Assembly (NCBI GenBank): GCA_007121075.1
Contig: SKMK01000042.1
Location: forward strand, 2,098-66,097
Reading direction: 5' to 3'
From: Syntrophomonadaceae bacterium
Lineage (GTDB): Bacteria; Bacillota; Dethiobacteria; DTU022
DNA: 64,000 bases
Shown: piece after piece, positions 28,535-39,096 of the stretch
How the letters are laid out: each line of letters begins with the position of its first letter
Position numbering within the stretch: position 1 is the first letter of the stretch
Made by a program: the position numbers and the translations under genes
The notes under the pieces: generated by a model
Databases searched by the model: none
What the model was told of the DNA's origin: nothing
What the model saw: only the letters and a program-made list of their open reading frames with translations

Positions 28535-29594
28535 GCTTGATACGATAGAAAAAAGATACGGTGAACTGGAACAGCTGCTTAGCGATCCCAGTATTCTCGA
28601 AAAAAGGGACGACTGGATGAAGCTGTCCAAGGAAATGGCTTCCATCAGCTCGGTAGTGGAACTTTACCGCCGGCTGAAAAAAGTAGACCAGGAAATTGAT
28701 GAAGCCGAAGAAATGCTCTCCGGCAATGAAGACAACGAAATGGAAGAATACCTTAAAGATGAAGTTGAAGAATTAAGGCAGGAGAAAGAGAAGATTGAAT
28801 CCGAACTGAAGCAGGAACTGCTGCCCAAGGATCCCTATGGCGATAAAAATGTTTTTATCGAAATAAGGGCGGGAACCGGCGGAGAAGAAGCGGCGCTCTT
28901 TGCCGCGGACCTGTTAAAAATGTACTCCAAGTACGCCGAACAAAAAAATTACAAGGCCGAAATTGTGGAATCCCATCCCACCGATATCGGGGGATACAAG
29001 GAGGTTATCCTCGGGATTGAGGGTAAAGGTGCCTACAGCCGCCTGAAGTTTGAAAGCGGTGTGCACCGGGTTCAACGTATTCCGTCTACAGAATCCGGGG
29101 GGCGGATCCATACTTCTGCCGCCACTGTGGCTGTCCTTCCTGAAGTCGAAGATGTTGATGTGGAAATCAACCCCCAGGACTTGCGGGTTGATACTTTCTG
29201 CGCTACCGGGCCCGGAGGGCAGAGCGTGAACACCACCCAATCCGCCATTCGGGTTACCCACCTTCCCACCGGCCTGGTGGTCAGTTGTCAGGACGAAAAA
29301 TCTCAGCTTCAGAACAAGGAGAAAGCCCTGCGCATATTGCGCAGCCGTCTCCTGGACAAATATATTTCCGAGCAGACAGCCGAAGTGGCGGAAGCCAGGA
29401 AAACCATGGTCGGTAGCGGCGATCGCAGCGAGAGGATCCGCACCTACAATTTCCCCCAAAACAGGGTTACCGATCACCGGATTGGAATGACCCTGCATAA
29501 GCTGGAACTGGTCCTTAACGGCGATCTTGATGAAATAATTGAAGAGCTGATCGCCAATGAACGTGCTGAACAGCTGAAAGAAACGGGAGGCTGA
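28524..29594 (+). CDS. prfA: Peptide chain release factor 1
   Basis: [11 protein letters not shown] tripeptide, [12 protein letters not shown]. Confidence 0.98.
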   Translation: MRDKLDTIEKRYGELEQLLSDPSILEKRDDWMKLSKEMASISSVVELYRRLKKVDQEIDEAEEMLSGNEDNEMEEYLKDEVEELRQEKEKIESELKQELLPKDPYGDKNVFIEIRAGTGGEEAALFAADLLKMYSKYAEQKNYKAEIVESHPTDIGGYKEVILGIEGKGAYSRLKFESGVHRVQRIPSTESGGRIHTSAATVAVLPEVEDVDVEINPQDLRVDTFCATGPGGQSVNTTQSAIRVTHLPTGLVVSCQDEKSQLQNKEKALRILRSRLLDKYISEQTAEVAEARKTMVGSGDRSERIRTYNFPQNRVTDHRIGMTLHKLELVLNGDLDEIIEELIANERAEQLKETGG

Positions 29595-29601
29595 GTAGCC
29601 C

Positions 29602-30486
29602 GTGGCTAGCCGGACGATTAAGGAAGCTCTGCAGGGAGCTTCTTTTTATTTGAAGGAAACAGGTATTGAAAATCCCCGCAAAGAGGCGGAATATCTGCTG
29701 GCCAGGATCATGAAACTGGACAGGCTTCAGCTGTTATTGCGCCAGGACGAGAATATTTCCCCGGAAATAAATGAAGCTTTCCAGGATGCTGTTAGGCGCA
29801 GGAGCCTTGAAGAACCGGCAGCCTATATTGCCGGAGAAAAGTATTTCTATGGCAACCGCTTTATGGTAAACAGTGATGTTTTAATTCCCAGGCCGGAAAC
29901 TGAGTTGATCGTGGATCTGGCCCTGGGAAAAGCCGGCTGGGTTAAAGCAGGGCCTAACAAGCGCATTTCCTGCGCAGATCTGGGCACGGGCAGCGGAGCA
30001 CTTGCGGTTACCCTTGCCTTGCTGCTGTCCGACTCGGAAGTTTGGGCGGTTGATATTTCGGAGGCTGCCCTGCAGGTAGCCAGGCTTAATGCACATAATC
30101 ATGGTGTGCACGGACGGATCCGGTTTTTTCGGGGCAATTTTTTTGAAGCCTTCGATCATTTAATAGAAAAACCCAAATTTGACCTGGTTGTTTCCAATCC
30201 GCCTTACCTGGACAAAAAGGAGATCAAAGACCTTCCCAAAGGGGTAAAAGATTATGAGCCGTTAAGGGCCCTGGACGGGGGGCCCGACGGGCTGGAAAGC
30301 TACCGCCGTATTCTTGGCCGGTTGGAAGAATATGCGGCTGCGCCGGCGGTTCTGCTGATGGAGGCCGGTGCCGGCCGGAAGCAAGAAATTGAAGCCCTCT
30401 GTTCTGAAACAGGGCTTTTCAGTTTAATAAACTGGCATAACGACCTGAACGGCTGGCCACGAGTTATAGAAGGAACCATGCCTTGA
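29602..30486 (+). CDS. prmC: Release factor glutamine methyltransferase
   Basis: VLIPRPETE, DLGTGSG, SNPPY. Confidence 0.95.
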   Translation: MASRTIKEALQGASFYLKETGIENPRKEAEYLLARIMKLDRLQLLLRQDENISPEINEAFQDAVRRRSLEEPAAYIAGEKYFYGNRFMVNSDVLIPRPETELIVDLALGKAGWVKAGPNKRISCADLGTGSGALAVTLALLLSDSEVWAVDISEAALQVARLNAHNHGVHGRIRFFRGNFFEAFDHLIEKPKFDLVVSNPPYLDKKEIKDLPKGVKDYEPLRALDGGPDGLESYRRILGRLEEYAAAPAVLLMEAGAGRKQEIEALCSETGLFSLINWHNDLNGWPRVIEGTMP

Positions 30487-30506
30487 TATCGTTTATCACC
30501 GGCAGG

Positions 30507-30926
30507 TTAATTCAGCCTCTTGCCGGTGGAAGTTATGGTTAATTTTCCGTGCTTGACTCCTTTAACCCCAATCAACCTGCCGGCCAGCTCCCTGGCTTCG
30601 CTTGCCTTACCCTTGATAACCATAACTTCCAGGCAGTGATCGTGTTCCAAATGGACATGCATTACAGATATAATCATTTCGTGATGCTCATGCTGGAGCT
30701 CCAGCAGCATATCGCTCAAGCCGCGCACATGATGGTTGTATATAATGGTTACTGTACCCGCAACTTCTTCATCTTCCTGCGACCACTCCACTTCAACCAG
30801 CTGGGCCCTCACCAGGTTGCGGATTGCTTCTGAGCGGTTTGGATAGCCGTGTTTTACAATTTCCTGGTCCAGCCGGGCAAGCAGATCCTTTTCCATGGAT
30901 ATTCCAAAACGGATTAGTTCAGACAA
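30507..30926 (-). CDS. nikR: Nickel-responsive regulator NikR
   Basis: RHH domain RFGISM...NRSEAIR; Ni ligands QH...HVHLEHDHCLE; TTG start 30926 after GGAGGTG. Confidence 0.93.
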   Translation of the reverse strand: MSELIRFGISMEKDLLARLDQEIVKHGYPNRSEAIRNLVRAQLVEVEWSQEDEEVAGTVTIIYNHHVRGLSDMLLELQHEHHEMIISVMHVHLEHDHCLEVMVIKGKASEARELAGRLIGVKGVKHGKLTITSTGKRLN

Positions 30927-31191
30927 CCGTCCAACACCTCCAGAAATTTTGTCATGATTATAACACATTGAAAAAGGTAAAAGGCAGGATTGCGAAGAAT
31001 ACTTTAATTGTAAAGCTGTGATATCCCTGATTTAAGGTGCTGACAGTTATTTTGTCACACCTGGGAGCCTGTACATCCAGGAATCCGATTCGTGTAGCTC
31101 AAATAAATTGAAAAAACACCCTGTCTGCTTTATAATAATTGAAGTGAACAGCACTAAATCATAATATTCAGCTCCTCCGGGAGGTCAGCCA

Positions 31192-32793
31192 TTGTTCTGG
31201 GAAATCGCCTTTACTACACTGGGCGGCTTGGGCCTGTTTTTGTTTGGCATTCAAATGATGGCTTCCGGGATGCAGAAAGCGGCAGGAGATCGTTTTCGGC
31301 GGATCCTGGAGGTCCTGACTAATAAGCCGGTAATTGGTGTTATAACCGGAATTGTTGTTACTATCCTGGTTCAGAGCAGCAGTACTGCCAGTGTAATGGT
31401 CGTCGGTTTTGCCAATGCCGGGCTGATGAACCTTTCCCAGGCAATAAGCGTAATCATAGGCGCCAATGTAGGGACCACCGTTACTGCTCAGCTGGTTTCT
31501 TTCGAAATCTGGGTTATTGCCCTACCTGCAATCGGGATCGGTTCCCTCCTGAACTTCTTCGGAGTGCGCCGGTTCCAGCGCTATCTTGGGCAGACGGTGC
31601 TCGGACTGGGCTTGTTATTTTTAGGCATGATCACGATGTCTGAAGGAATGAGCCCCCTGCGAGATCTGGATGCCTTTTATGATATACTCATACTGTTCAG
31701 CCGCTATCCGGTTTTGGGTATCCTGGCCGGGGCTGTTTTTACAGCCCTGATCCAGAGCAGCAGCGCAGCGACCGGTGTAATTATCGCTTTAACCGTCCAG
31801 GACTTGATTCCCTTTGATTCTGCCGTTCCCCTTATTTTGGGCACCAACATCGGAACCAGCATTACGGCTATATTGGCCGGTACTGGCGCCAACGTAGCGG
31901 CGCGCCGGGCGGCGGCGGCCCATGTTGTTTTTAATGTTGTAGGTGTAATCCTGGTTCTCATATTCCTCGGCCCCTTTACCAGCATCATCGTGGAGACAGC
32001 TGAAACAGTTCCCAGGCAGGTGGCCAACACCCATACCGCGTTTAATGTTTTCAACACCCTGGTATTTTTGGTATTCCTGAAATATTTTAACCGGCTAATC
32101 TGCTATATGATTCCCGGTGAAGATTCAAAGGTGGATTTTGGGCCCAAATACCTGGACGCACGGATTATGAAAACACCGGCCGTAGCTATCGGCGGGGCCA
32201 AACAGGAGCTACTGCGCATGGCCGGTATTGCCCGGGAAATGCTGGACGAATCGATGCAGGTTTTTCTTAACAAGGACCTTAAAAAAATTAAGCACATCGA
32301 TCAGATGGAAGAATTAATCGATGGCCTGGAAAAAGAGATTAACGTTTACCTTTCAGAGCTTTCGCAGCATTCCATGTCTCAGCAGCAGACTAAAATGGTG
32401 AGTAACCTGATGTCGGCGGCAAACGACCTGGAACGCATTGGCGATCATGCTGAAAACATCATGCAGCTTGGAGAAATGAAGACCGAAGAAAGACTCCCCT
32501 TTACCAACGTGGCTCAGGAAGAAATTAAGGAATTTAGTTCCAAAGTTGCTTCTATGCTTAACAGGGCGGTATTTGCTTTTGAACATGTCGATAAAGATAT
32601 GGCCGCCGAAGTTGTTGCCGAAGATGACGAGATTGATGCCCAGGAAAAAAATCTACGCAATAAGCATATTGATCGCATTAATACAAAACTATGCCATCCC
32701 GCGTCAGGAGTTATCTACCTCGATTTGCTCAGCAACCTGGAAAGAGTTGCCGATCATGCCAAGAATATCGCCGAACTTGTTTTAGAAGAATAA
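31192..32793 (+). CDS. Na+/phosphate cotransporter with PhoU-like domains
   Basis: GGLGLFLFG, two QSSS repeats, GANVGTT/GTNIGTS, DLERIGDHA and NLERVADHA. Confidence 0.93.
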   Translation: MFWEIAFTTLGGLGLFLFGIQMMASGMQKAAGDRFRRILEVLTNKPVIGVITGIVVTILVQSSSTASVMVVGFANAGLMNLSQAISVIIGANVGTTVTAQLVSFEIWVIALPAIGIGSLLNFFGVRRFQRYLGQTVLGLGLLFLGMITMSEGMSPLRDLDAFYDILILFSRYPVLGILAGAVFTALIQSSSAATGVIIALTVQDLIPFDSAVPLILGTNIGTSITAILAGTGANVAARRAAAAHVVFNVVGVILVLIFLGPFTSIIVETAETVPRQVANTHTAFNVFNTLVFLVFLKYFNRLICYMIPGEDSKVDFGPKYLDARIMKTPAVAIGGAKQELLRMAGIAREMLDESMQVFLNKDLKKIKHIDQMEELIDGLEKEINVYLSELSQHSMSQQQTKMVSNLMSAANDLERIGDHAENIMQLGEMKTEERLPFTNVAQEEIKEFSSKVASMLNRAVFAFEHVDKDMAAEVVAEDDEIDAQEKNLRNKHIDRINTKLCHPASGVIYLDLLSNLERVADHAKNIAELVLEE

Positions 32794-32818
32794 TTTACCT
32801 GAAAGTAGAGGATGTTTA

Positions 32819-33859
32819 ATGCCCGCATCTATTAAAGGCACACTGCTCCTCGATGAAAATCATCTTTCGCTTAAAAAAGCGGCAAATATTATTAACCGGG
32901 GAGGCCTGGTTGCATTCCCCACGGAAACTGTTTATGGCCTGGGAGCTGCGGCCACCGATCCTGAGGCTGTAAACCGCATTTATGAAGCAAAAGGTCGTCC
33001 TGCGGACAATCCGCTCATAGTCCATGTCTCAGATCCTGCCCAGCTAAAAACTGTGGCCCGGGATATTCCAAAAAAAGCTTTTAAACTGACGGATCGGTTT
33101 TGGCCCGGTCCGTTGAGCCTGGTCCTCCCCCGCGCGAAAGGGATACCGGCCCTGGTATCGGCCGGGCTTCCATCGGTCGCTGTGCGGATGCCCGACCACC
33201 GGACCGCCCTTGAGCTGATCCGTTTATCCGGTGTCCCTATCGCCGCTCCCAGTGCCAATCGATCGGGCAAAACCAGCCCGACTACTTACCGGCATGTCCT
33301 TGAAGATCTTACCGGCCGGATAGAAGCTGTTATCAAGAGCGCACCCTGTTCGGTTGGAGTCGAATCTACCGTCCTTGATTTAACCGGCAAGGCACCCTTG
33401 ATATTAAGGCCCGGTGGTGTTTCAAGGGAAGAACTTGAAGAAACACTGGGCTGCCGGGTGGCTGTAGCCGGGCTAAAAAGCCATCCCGGAAAACCCCTTT
33501 CGCCAGGTATGAAATACCGCCACTACTCGCCCAGGGCCGCATTGATCCTGGTTGCCGGACCTCCAGAAAAAAGGTCTGCCCTGGTTAAGGCTTTTGCTTA
33601 CCGTTACCGGAGTTTTGGTTTTAAAGTGGGTTACCTTAACCCTTCAATTCGCGGTAATTTGAAGCAAAAAGATGATCCGGAGCGCCTGGCAGCAACCTTG
33701 TATGAGTCAATGCGCAGGATGGATCAGCAGGGGATCGATATTATCCTGGCTGAAGAAATAGAGATTACCGGAATCGGACTGGCTGTAATGAACCGTCTAA
33801 AAAAAGCTGCAACAAGGACATTGCGGGTCGGGTCAGGAAAGTTACAAAGGAAAAGTTAA
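32819..33859 (+). CDS. sua5: L-threonylcarbamoyladenylate synthase (Sua5/TsaC2)
   Basis: FPTETVYGL, KGRPADNPLIVH, APSANRSG, SPGMKYRHYSP. Confidence 0.95.
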   Translation: MPASIKGTLLLDENHLSLKKAANIINRGGLVAFPTETVYGLGAAATDPEAVNRIYEAKGRPADNPLIVHVSDPAQLKTVARDIPKKAFKLTDRFWPGPLSLVLPRAKGIPALVSAGLPSVAVRMPDHRTALELIRLSGVPIAAPSANRSGKTSPTTYRHVLEDLTGRIEAVIKSAPCSVGVESTVLDLTGKAPLILRPGGVSREELEETLGCRVAVAGLKSHPGKPLSPGMKYRHYSPRAALILVAGPPEKRSALVKAFAYRYRSFGFKVGYLNPSIRGNLKQKDDPERLAATLYESMRRMDQQGIDIILAEEIEITGIGLAVMNRLKKAATRTLRVGSGKLQRKS

Positions 33860-33879
33860 GTGATAGCAATGAAGGAGGG

Positions 33880-34395
33880 ATGGTCATGTTAAAAGTGCTC
33901 TTTGTCTGCACCGGCAATACCTGCCGCAGCCCGATGGCGGAAGCTCTTTTTAATAATGACCCTACCCGTGACTGTTTGCCTTATAAGGTTACCGCTTCAT
34001 CTGCCGGAATCTCTGCCCTGGAAGGCGAGAAAGCATCCCCCCAGGCGCGCCGGCTGTTAAACCGTGAAGGGATAGAAGCCCTGGAACACCACAGTGCCAG
34101 GGCAGTCAGGCGGGAAATTGTCGATGATGCCGACATTATCCTGGTCATGACCGGTGATCATCTGAAGAGGCTGCTTGATCTTTATCCTCACCTTGGAAAC
34201 AAAATCTTTACTTTGAAAGAGTTTGCTTCACTGGACCGGGAGGACAATGATATTGGCGATCCGCTCGGAAACGATATTGAAAAATACCGGGAAGTATTAG
34301 AGGAAATCAAGGTCTGTATCAAGAAAGTAACGGCTAAGCTATTGGCAGGCAGTGAAAATGAAGGGCGGGGAAAAAATGAAAATTGCAGTGGGTAG
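33880..34395 (+). CDS. ywlE: Low-molecular-weight protein arginine/tyrosine phosphatase (YwlE-like)
   Basis: FVCTGNTCRSPMAE, DIGDP; between sua5 and rpiB. Confidence 0.85.
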   Translation: MVMLKVLFVCTGNTCRSPMAEALFNNDPTRDCLPYKVTASSAGISALEGEKASPQARRLLNREGIEALEHHSARAVRREIVDDADIILVMTGDHLKRLLDLYPHLGNKIFTLKEFASLDREDNDIGDPLGNDIEKYREVLEEIKVCIKKVTAKLLAGSENEGRGKNENCSG

Positions 34396-34813
34396 CGATC
34401 ATGCCGGGTTCCGCTTAAAAGAACAGGTGTGCAAATATCTCGAAGGGCAGGCTTTTACCTGTAAAGATCTTGGTGTATTTTCTGAAGAAAGTGCTGATTA
34501 CCCGGATCTGGCCCTTGCTGTGGCTTCGGCTGTCCAGTCCGGTGAATACGACTATGGTATTCTGATTTGCGGCACCGGAATCGGTATGTCCATTGCTGCA
34601 AATAAGAATACCGGCATCAGGGCGGCCCTGTGCGGGGACCCGTATTCTGCAAAGTGTGCCAGGGAGCACAACAACGCCAATATCCTGACTATGGGGTCAA
34701 GGGTAATCGGTCCCGGGCTGGCCATGGAGATTGTCGCTCAGTTTTTCAACACCGCCTTTTCCGGGGGCAGGCACAGCAACCGCCTCCACAAAATTGAGAA
34801 GCTGGAAACATAG
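34376..34813 (+). CDS. rpiB: Ribose-5-phosphate isomerase B
   Basis: GSDHAG, CGTGIGMSIAANK, REHNNAN, GGRH. Confidence 0.95.
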   Translation: MKIAVGSDHAGFRLKEQVCKYLEGQAFTCKDLGVFSEESADYPDLALAVASAVQSGEYDYGILICGTGIGMSIAANKNTGIRAALCGDPYSAKCAREHNNANILTMGSRVIGPGLAMEIVAQFFNTAFSGGRHSNRLHKIEKLET

Positions 34814-34934
34814 AATATAAAGGGTAGAACCCGCACGTATGCTTTATTTGCATAACCGGTATTGTTTTTAGTGAAAACGTTTCCTGATCCTGCTCCGGCA
34901 GCGTATTAATCACTACTTAGTCAGGGGGGTATAA

Positions 34935-35381
34935 TTGGGAGAAAGGCCTGATTGGGACCACTATTTTATGCAGATAGCTACTGTCGTTTCTTCTCGCTCT
35001 ACCTGCGTGAGACGGCAAGTAGGGGCTCTGCTGGTTTTAAATAAAAGGATCCTGACAACCGGTTACAACGGTGCGCCGGGCGGCCTGACTCATTGCGGAG
35101 AAGTAGGATGCCTTCGCCAGGAAATGCAGGTGCCCTCCGGGGAAAGGCATGAGCTGTGTCGGGGGCTTCATGCCGAGCAAAATGCTATTATTCAAGCCGC
35201 CGTGCACGGTGTTGCCATTAAAGATTCTGTTTTATACTGTACCCATTATCCCTGTGCCGTTTGTGCCAAAATGCTGGTTAATGCCGGCATAGATTCCCTT
35301 GTACTGGCTGAAAATTACCCGGATACCCTGGCCAAAAAAATTTTTTCGGAAGCTGGAATTGGGGTAAAATTTATAGTATAA
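34935..35381 (+). CDS. dCMP deaminase family protein
   Basis: [29 protein letters not shown]. Confidence 0.92.
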   Translation: MGERPDWDHYFMQIATVVSSRSTCVRRQVGALLVLNKRILTTGYNGAPGGLTHCGEVGCLRQEMQVPSGERHELCRGLHAEQNAIIQAAVHGVAIKDSVLYCTHYPCAVCAKMLVNAGIDSLVLAENYPDTLAKKIFSEAGIGVKFIV

Positions 35382-35585
35382 TATGCGCTGAATGTTAACT
35401 ACCCCATGCTTAAGATGTCTGCTAATATAATATAGTGTTTTATTTCTTAGCTTAGTTATGGTAAATGGATAAGTTTAACAATCAGCTAATAGTGGCCCGG
35501 TTTATTTTTGTTCTGTTAACAATCAAGGCACGAACCTGGTCTTTATACATACAGGCAGCAATATAGCGACAGGTGGTGAAAGAGC

Positions 35586-35912
35586 TTGACAGTCGAACTG
35601 GTTAAGTCAATCAAGGAAGCAGAAAGCAAAGCTGAATCGATCATCCGCGAAGCTAAGCAGGAAGCTCGCAAAATGCAAAAAGATGCTGCGGCCAGGGCTG
35701 AAGAAATCATGGAAAAAGCTGTGGCCGAAGCGGAAGAGCAGGCCAGGGATTTAATTAAAAAAGCGGAAGAAGAAGCCAGAGTTGAATCGGAACCACTGGT
35801 AAAGGAACGCGAAGAAGAAGTAGAGCAGCTGAAAGAAAAAGCAGCGGAGCGTATGCCCGAAGCGGTAGCCCTGATTAAGAACAAGGTTGTGAAAACTGAT
35901 GCCGATCATTGA
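35586..35912 (+). CDS. ntpF: V/A-type ATPase peripheral stalk subunit H/G
   Basis: Charged coiled coil (IKEAE.KAE.II.EAK); first gene of the operon. Confidence 0.82.
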   Translation: MTVELVKSIKEAESKAESIIREAKQEARKMQKDAAARAEEIMEKAVAEAEEQARDLIKKAEEEARVESEPLVKEREEEVEQLKEKAAERMPEAVALIKNKVVKTDADH

Positions 35913-37851
35913 TATGAAAAAAGTTTATCTCCTGGGTCATCGGCAGGAAAGGGAAAAAATCTTCAACCTCCTGCATGGAATGGGCACAGTGGAATTGGTC
36001 GATGTTAAATCGGGCGAGGGATGGAAAGAATTTCAAGAACTTCTTAAACCGGAACAGCCTCCAGAGGATATTTCCAAGGTTGACAGCAAGCGCAGTGATA
36101 TTCGCTTTTGCCTTGATTTTTTTCAGCGTCATTTTCCGGTTCGTAAAAGCATGATTGAGCAGTTTACGGGCAGCAGGCTCGACTTAACCGGTGAACAGTT
36201 CAACAATTACATCAAAACTCTTGAGCAAGTTGAAGAAATCCACCGGGCCTGCCGTGAGGCAGAAGAAAATTTAGTTCGTATCCGCAATGAAGAAACCCAG
36301 TCCCAGAATTTGATTGAAGACCTTAAACCCTGGGTTTCCCTTGATCTGCCCCTGGAAGAGGTTGAAGAGGGATCCTGGACCATGATGGATTTGTTCATTG
36401 TCCCCATCGAGCAATATTCCGCCCTGCAGGAGAACCTTATTGAAACTGTTTCCGAGCATTGCCTGGATGAAGTTTTCTCCGATGGTGAAAATGTTTATTT
36501 CTTTTTCTCCGCCCTTGCCGAAAAAAAGCAGGTTATAGATGAGCTTTTCAGAGGTAAAGCGGTTACAAGGGCCAGTTTTCCCGATGTTTCCGGAACTCCT
36601 TCGGACATTCTCGATTCGTTAAATGAAAAGCTGGAAGAATTGAGGCAGGAAAGAAGTGCTGTTTTAAATGAAGTAGAGAAACTGCTTGTTCATCGCCCCA
36701 TGTTAATGGCCTGCTACGATTACATGGACAACGAACATGCGAAACACCAGGCAGTGGCCAGCCTTGCCGGTACCGATAACAGCTTTTTGCTGGAAGGTTG
36801 GGCCCCGGTTCCTGTTATGGACGATTTAGAAACAACTGTCAGTGAGAAAACGGAAACGGCGATCCTGACTTCGAGGGACCCTGAACCCGATGAAGACGTT
36901 CCGGTGCTTTTACATAACAAGGGGCCGGCTGATCCCTATGAAGTGGTGACCAGGCTTTACAGCACTCCCAAGAAACATGAACTTGATCCTACTCCTTTTA
37001 TGGCCCCGTTTTTTTTCTTGTTTTTCGGTATCTGCCTTTCCGATGCCGGTTACGGCATTATGCTGGGCCTGCTTGCCTTCTACCTGTATCGTAAGCTCAC
37101 TCTTGGCCAGTCGGGCCGGCAGCTGTTGAAATTATTGATGCTCGGCGGGATTTCCGCTTTTGCTTTCGGGATCCTGTTGGGGGGTTATTTCGGAGATTTA
37201 ATTGAGCTGCCGCCATTGCTGTTCGATCCTCTTGAAGAACCGATGACCATGTTAATCGCCGCCCTGGGTATTGGGCTGTTCCAGGTTTACTTTGGGATGG
37301 GTCTGCAGGCTTACCGCAATATGAAGGGCGGAAAGCCAATGGATGCCCTGTATGACCAGGGTTTCTGGTTCCTGTTTTTAAATGGCCTGATCCTGCTCGT
37401 AGTTGGAATTATTCCTCCTATCGGACTATGGATGACTATTGCGGGTGCCGCCGGGCTGGTTTTAACCCAGGGCCGATCGCAACACAGTGTGATCCTGAAA
37501 TTTTTCAGCGGCCTGTTGAGCCTTTACAACGTAACCCAGTACTTGAGCGACGTGCTGTCCTACTCCCGTTTGTTCGCCCTGGGACTGGCTTCTGTTGTTA
37601 TCGGCATGGTTGTGAATTCGGTCGGCGAGCTGGCTGCCGGATCCATTATCGGTTATGTCGTCTTGGTTATAATCCTGATCGGCGGCCATTTCTTCAACAT
37701 GATTATCAGTACCTTGAGTTCTTATGTGCATACCAGCCGCCTGCAGTACCTGGAATTCTTCAACAAATTTTTTGAAGGTGGCGGAAGGTCATTCCAACCT
37801 TTTAGGGTGAAGAACAATTACGTCGATATTGTCGAATCAGAAGAAAGTTGA
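35899..37851 (+). CDS. ntpI: V/A-type ATPase subunit I (a)
   Basis: DPTP, FFG...DAGYG, SDVLSYSRLFAL, RLQYLEFF.KFF. Confidence 0.95.
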   Translation: MPIIDMKKVYLLGHRQEREKIFNLLHGMGTVELVDVKSGEGWKEFQELLKPEQPPEDISKVDSKRSDIRFCLDFFQRHFPVRKSMIEQFTGSRLDLTGEQFNNYIKTLEQVEEIHRACREAEENLVRIRNEETQSQNLIEDLKPWVSLDLPLEEVEEGSWTMMDLFIVPIEQYSALQENLIETVSEHCLDEVFSDGENVYFFFSALAEKKQVIDELFRGKAVTRASFPDVSGTPSDILDSLNEKLEELRQERSAVLNEVEKLLVHRPMLMACYDYMDNEHAKHQAVASLAGTDNSFLLEGWAPVPVMDDLETTVSEKTETAILTSRDPEPDEDVPVLLHNKGPADPYEVVTRLYSTPKKHELDPTPFMAPFFFLFFGICLSDAGYGIMLGLLAFYLYRKLTLGQSGRQLLKLLMLGGISAFAFGILLGGYFGDLIELPPLLFDPLEEPMTMLIAALGIGLFQVYFGMGLQAYRNMKGGKPMDALYDQGFWFLFLNGLILLVVGIIPPIGLWMTIAGAAGLVLTQGRSQHSVILKFFSGLLSLYNVTQYLSDVLSYSRLFALGLASVVIGMVVNSVGELAAGSIIGYVVLVIILIGGHFFNMIISTLSSYVHTSRLQYLEFFNKFFEGGGRSFQPFRVKNNYVDIVESEES

Positions 37852-37958
37852 AAAACAGACTTCAGGCTCGTTCTTTGCAGAAACAGGTAATTTCTGATTC
37901 CTGGTTGTTCACTGGAGATATTACATAATTGATAGAACAAAAAAGGAGGCTTTAAAAA

Positions 37959-38429
37959 ATGGAAGGAATTGAAATAGCAATGCTGGGAGTGGCCCTGGCG
38001 GTTGGTTTAGCCGGAAGCGGCTCGGCAATCGGGATCGGGATTGTCGGCCAGAGCGCTTGCGGCCTGATCTCTGAAGATCCGGACAAGTTTGGGCAAACTC
38101 TTTTATTACAGGCTCTTCCGGGCACCCAGGGTATATATGGGCTCCTGGCCGGTTTCCTGATCATGCAGGATATCGGCATTGTCGGTGAAGAGCTGGTAGA
38201 ACTAACTGTCTGGCAGGGCTATGCTTTTTTGATGGCGGCACTGCCGATTGCTATTGCCGGCTTTAGTTCCGGTATTTACCAGGGCAGGGTCCTGGCATCG
38301 TCAATAAACCTGATTGCCAAAAGGCCGGAAGAAATGGGTAAAGGGATTGTATACGCCGTTATGGTCGAAACTTACGCTGTATTCGCCCTTTTGGCCACAA
38401 TCTTAATGCTGTTCGGTATAGATCTTTAG
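37959..38429 (+). CDS. ntpK: V/A-type ATPase subunit K (c), 4-TM, Na+-binding signature
   Basis: LPGTQGIYG, GIYQG, MVETYA match the Enterococcus NtpK Na+ ligands. Confidence 0.93.
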   Translation: MEGIEIAMLGVALAVGLAGSGSAIGIGIVGQSACGLISEDPDKFGQTLLLQALPGTQGIYGLLAGFLIMQDIGIVGEELVELTVWQGYAFLMAALPIAIAGFSSGIYQGRVLASSINLIAKRPEEMGKGIVYAVMVETYAVFALLATILMLFGIDL

Positions 38430-38447
38430 AACCGACTGCTTAAAGGA

Positions 38448-39059
38448 GTGAGTTACTTGAAAGAAGGTGCGGACAGGATCATCCAGCGTGTCCTGGATGA
38501 TGCGCAGGCCAGGGCCGACTCGATAAAAGCTGAGGCTGCTGAAAAAACCGAAGCTGTAGAATCCGAAGCCAAAGAAAAGGCCAACCGGAGAAAGGATCAA
38601 ATCCTTGAACAGGCGCGTAAATCGGCGGCTGAACAAAAGAGCCGCATTATCGGCATGGCCCAGCTTGAAGCGCGCAAGAAGCTGCTGGCCGCCAAGCAGG
38701 AATTGATTGGCGAAGCCTTCCAGAGAGCTTTAGATGAACTGTCGATCCTGGATGGCCGGGATTATCTTGCTATTATCCATGATCTTTTGCTGGAAATGAC
38801 TGATACCGGTACAGAGACAGTCATTTTTAACGAGCGCGATCAAAAAAGAATTACAGAGGATTTTTGGAAAGAGGTAAACAAGAGCCTGACTGACCAGGGA
38901 AAGAAAGGGGAACTGGGTCTTTCGGAAGAAACCAGGACTATTAAAGGCGGCTTTATACTTCAGAGAGGTGGCTTGGAAATGAACTGTTCCTTTGAATCCC
39001 TTCTGAAGAGGAAAAGAGATGAACTGGAATATGGAGTAGCCGAGCTGCTATTTAAATAA
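38448..39059 (+). CDS. ntpE: V/A-type ATPase subunit E
   Basis: Coiled coil plus IKGGFIL...NCSFE; operon order. Confidence 0.9.
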   Translation: MSYLKEGADRIIQRVLDDAQARADSIKAEAAEKTEAVESEAKEKANRRKDQILEQARKSAAEQKSRIIGMAQLEARKKLLAAKQELIGEAFQRALDELSILDGRDYLAIIHDLLLEMTDTGTETVIFNERDQKRITEDFWKEVNKSLTDQGKKGELGLSEETRTIKGGFILQRGGLEMNCSFESLLKRKRDELEYGVAELLFK

Positions 39060-39096
39060 CAGGCAAGCTTTCCTCAAGGAAAGGAGAGCATAGGAT

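Noticed and set aside
28914-29498. 194-aa antisense ORF in prfA
   Set aside because: Shadow ORF of a conserved gene
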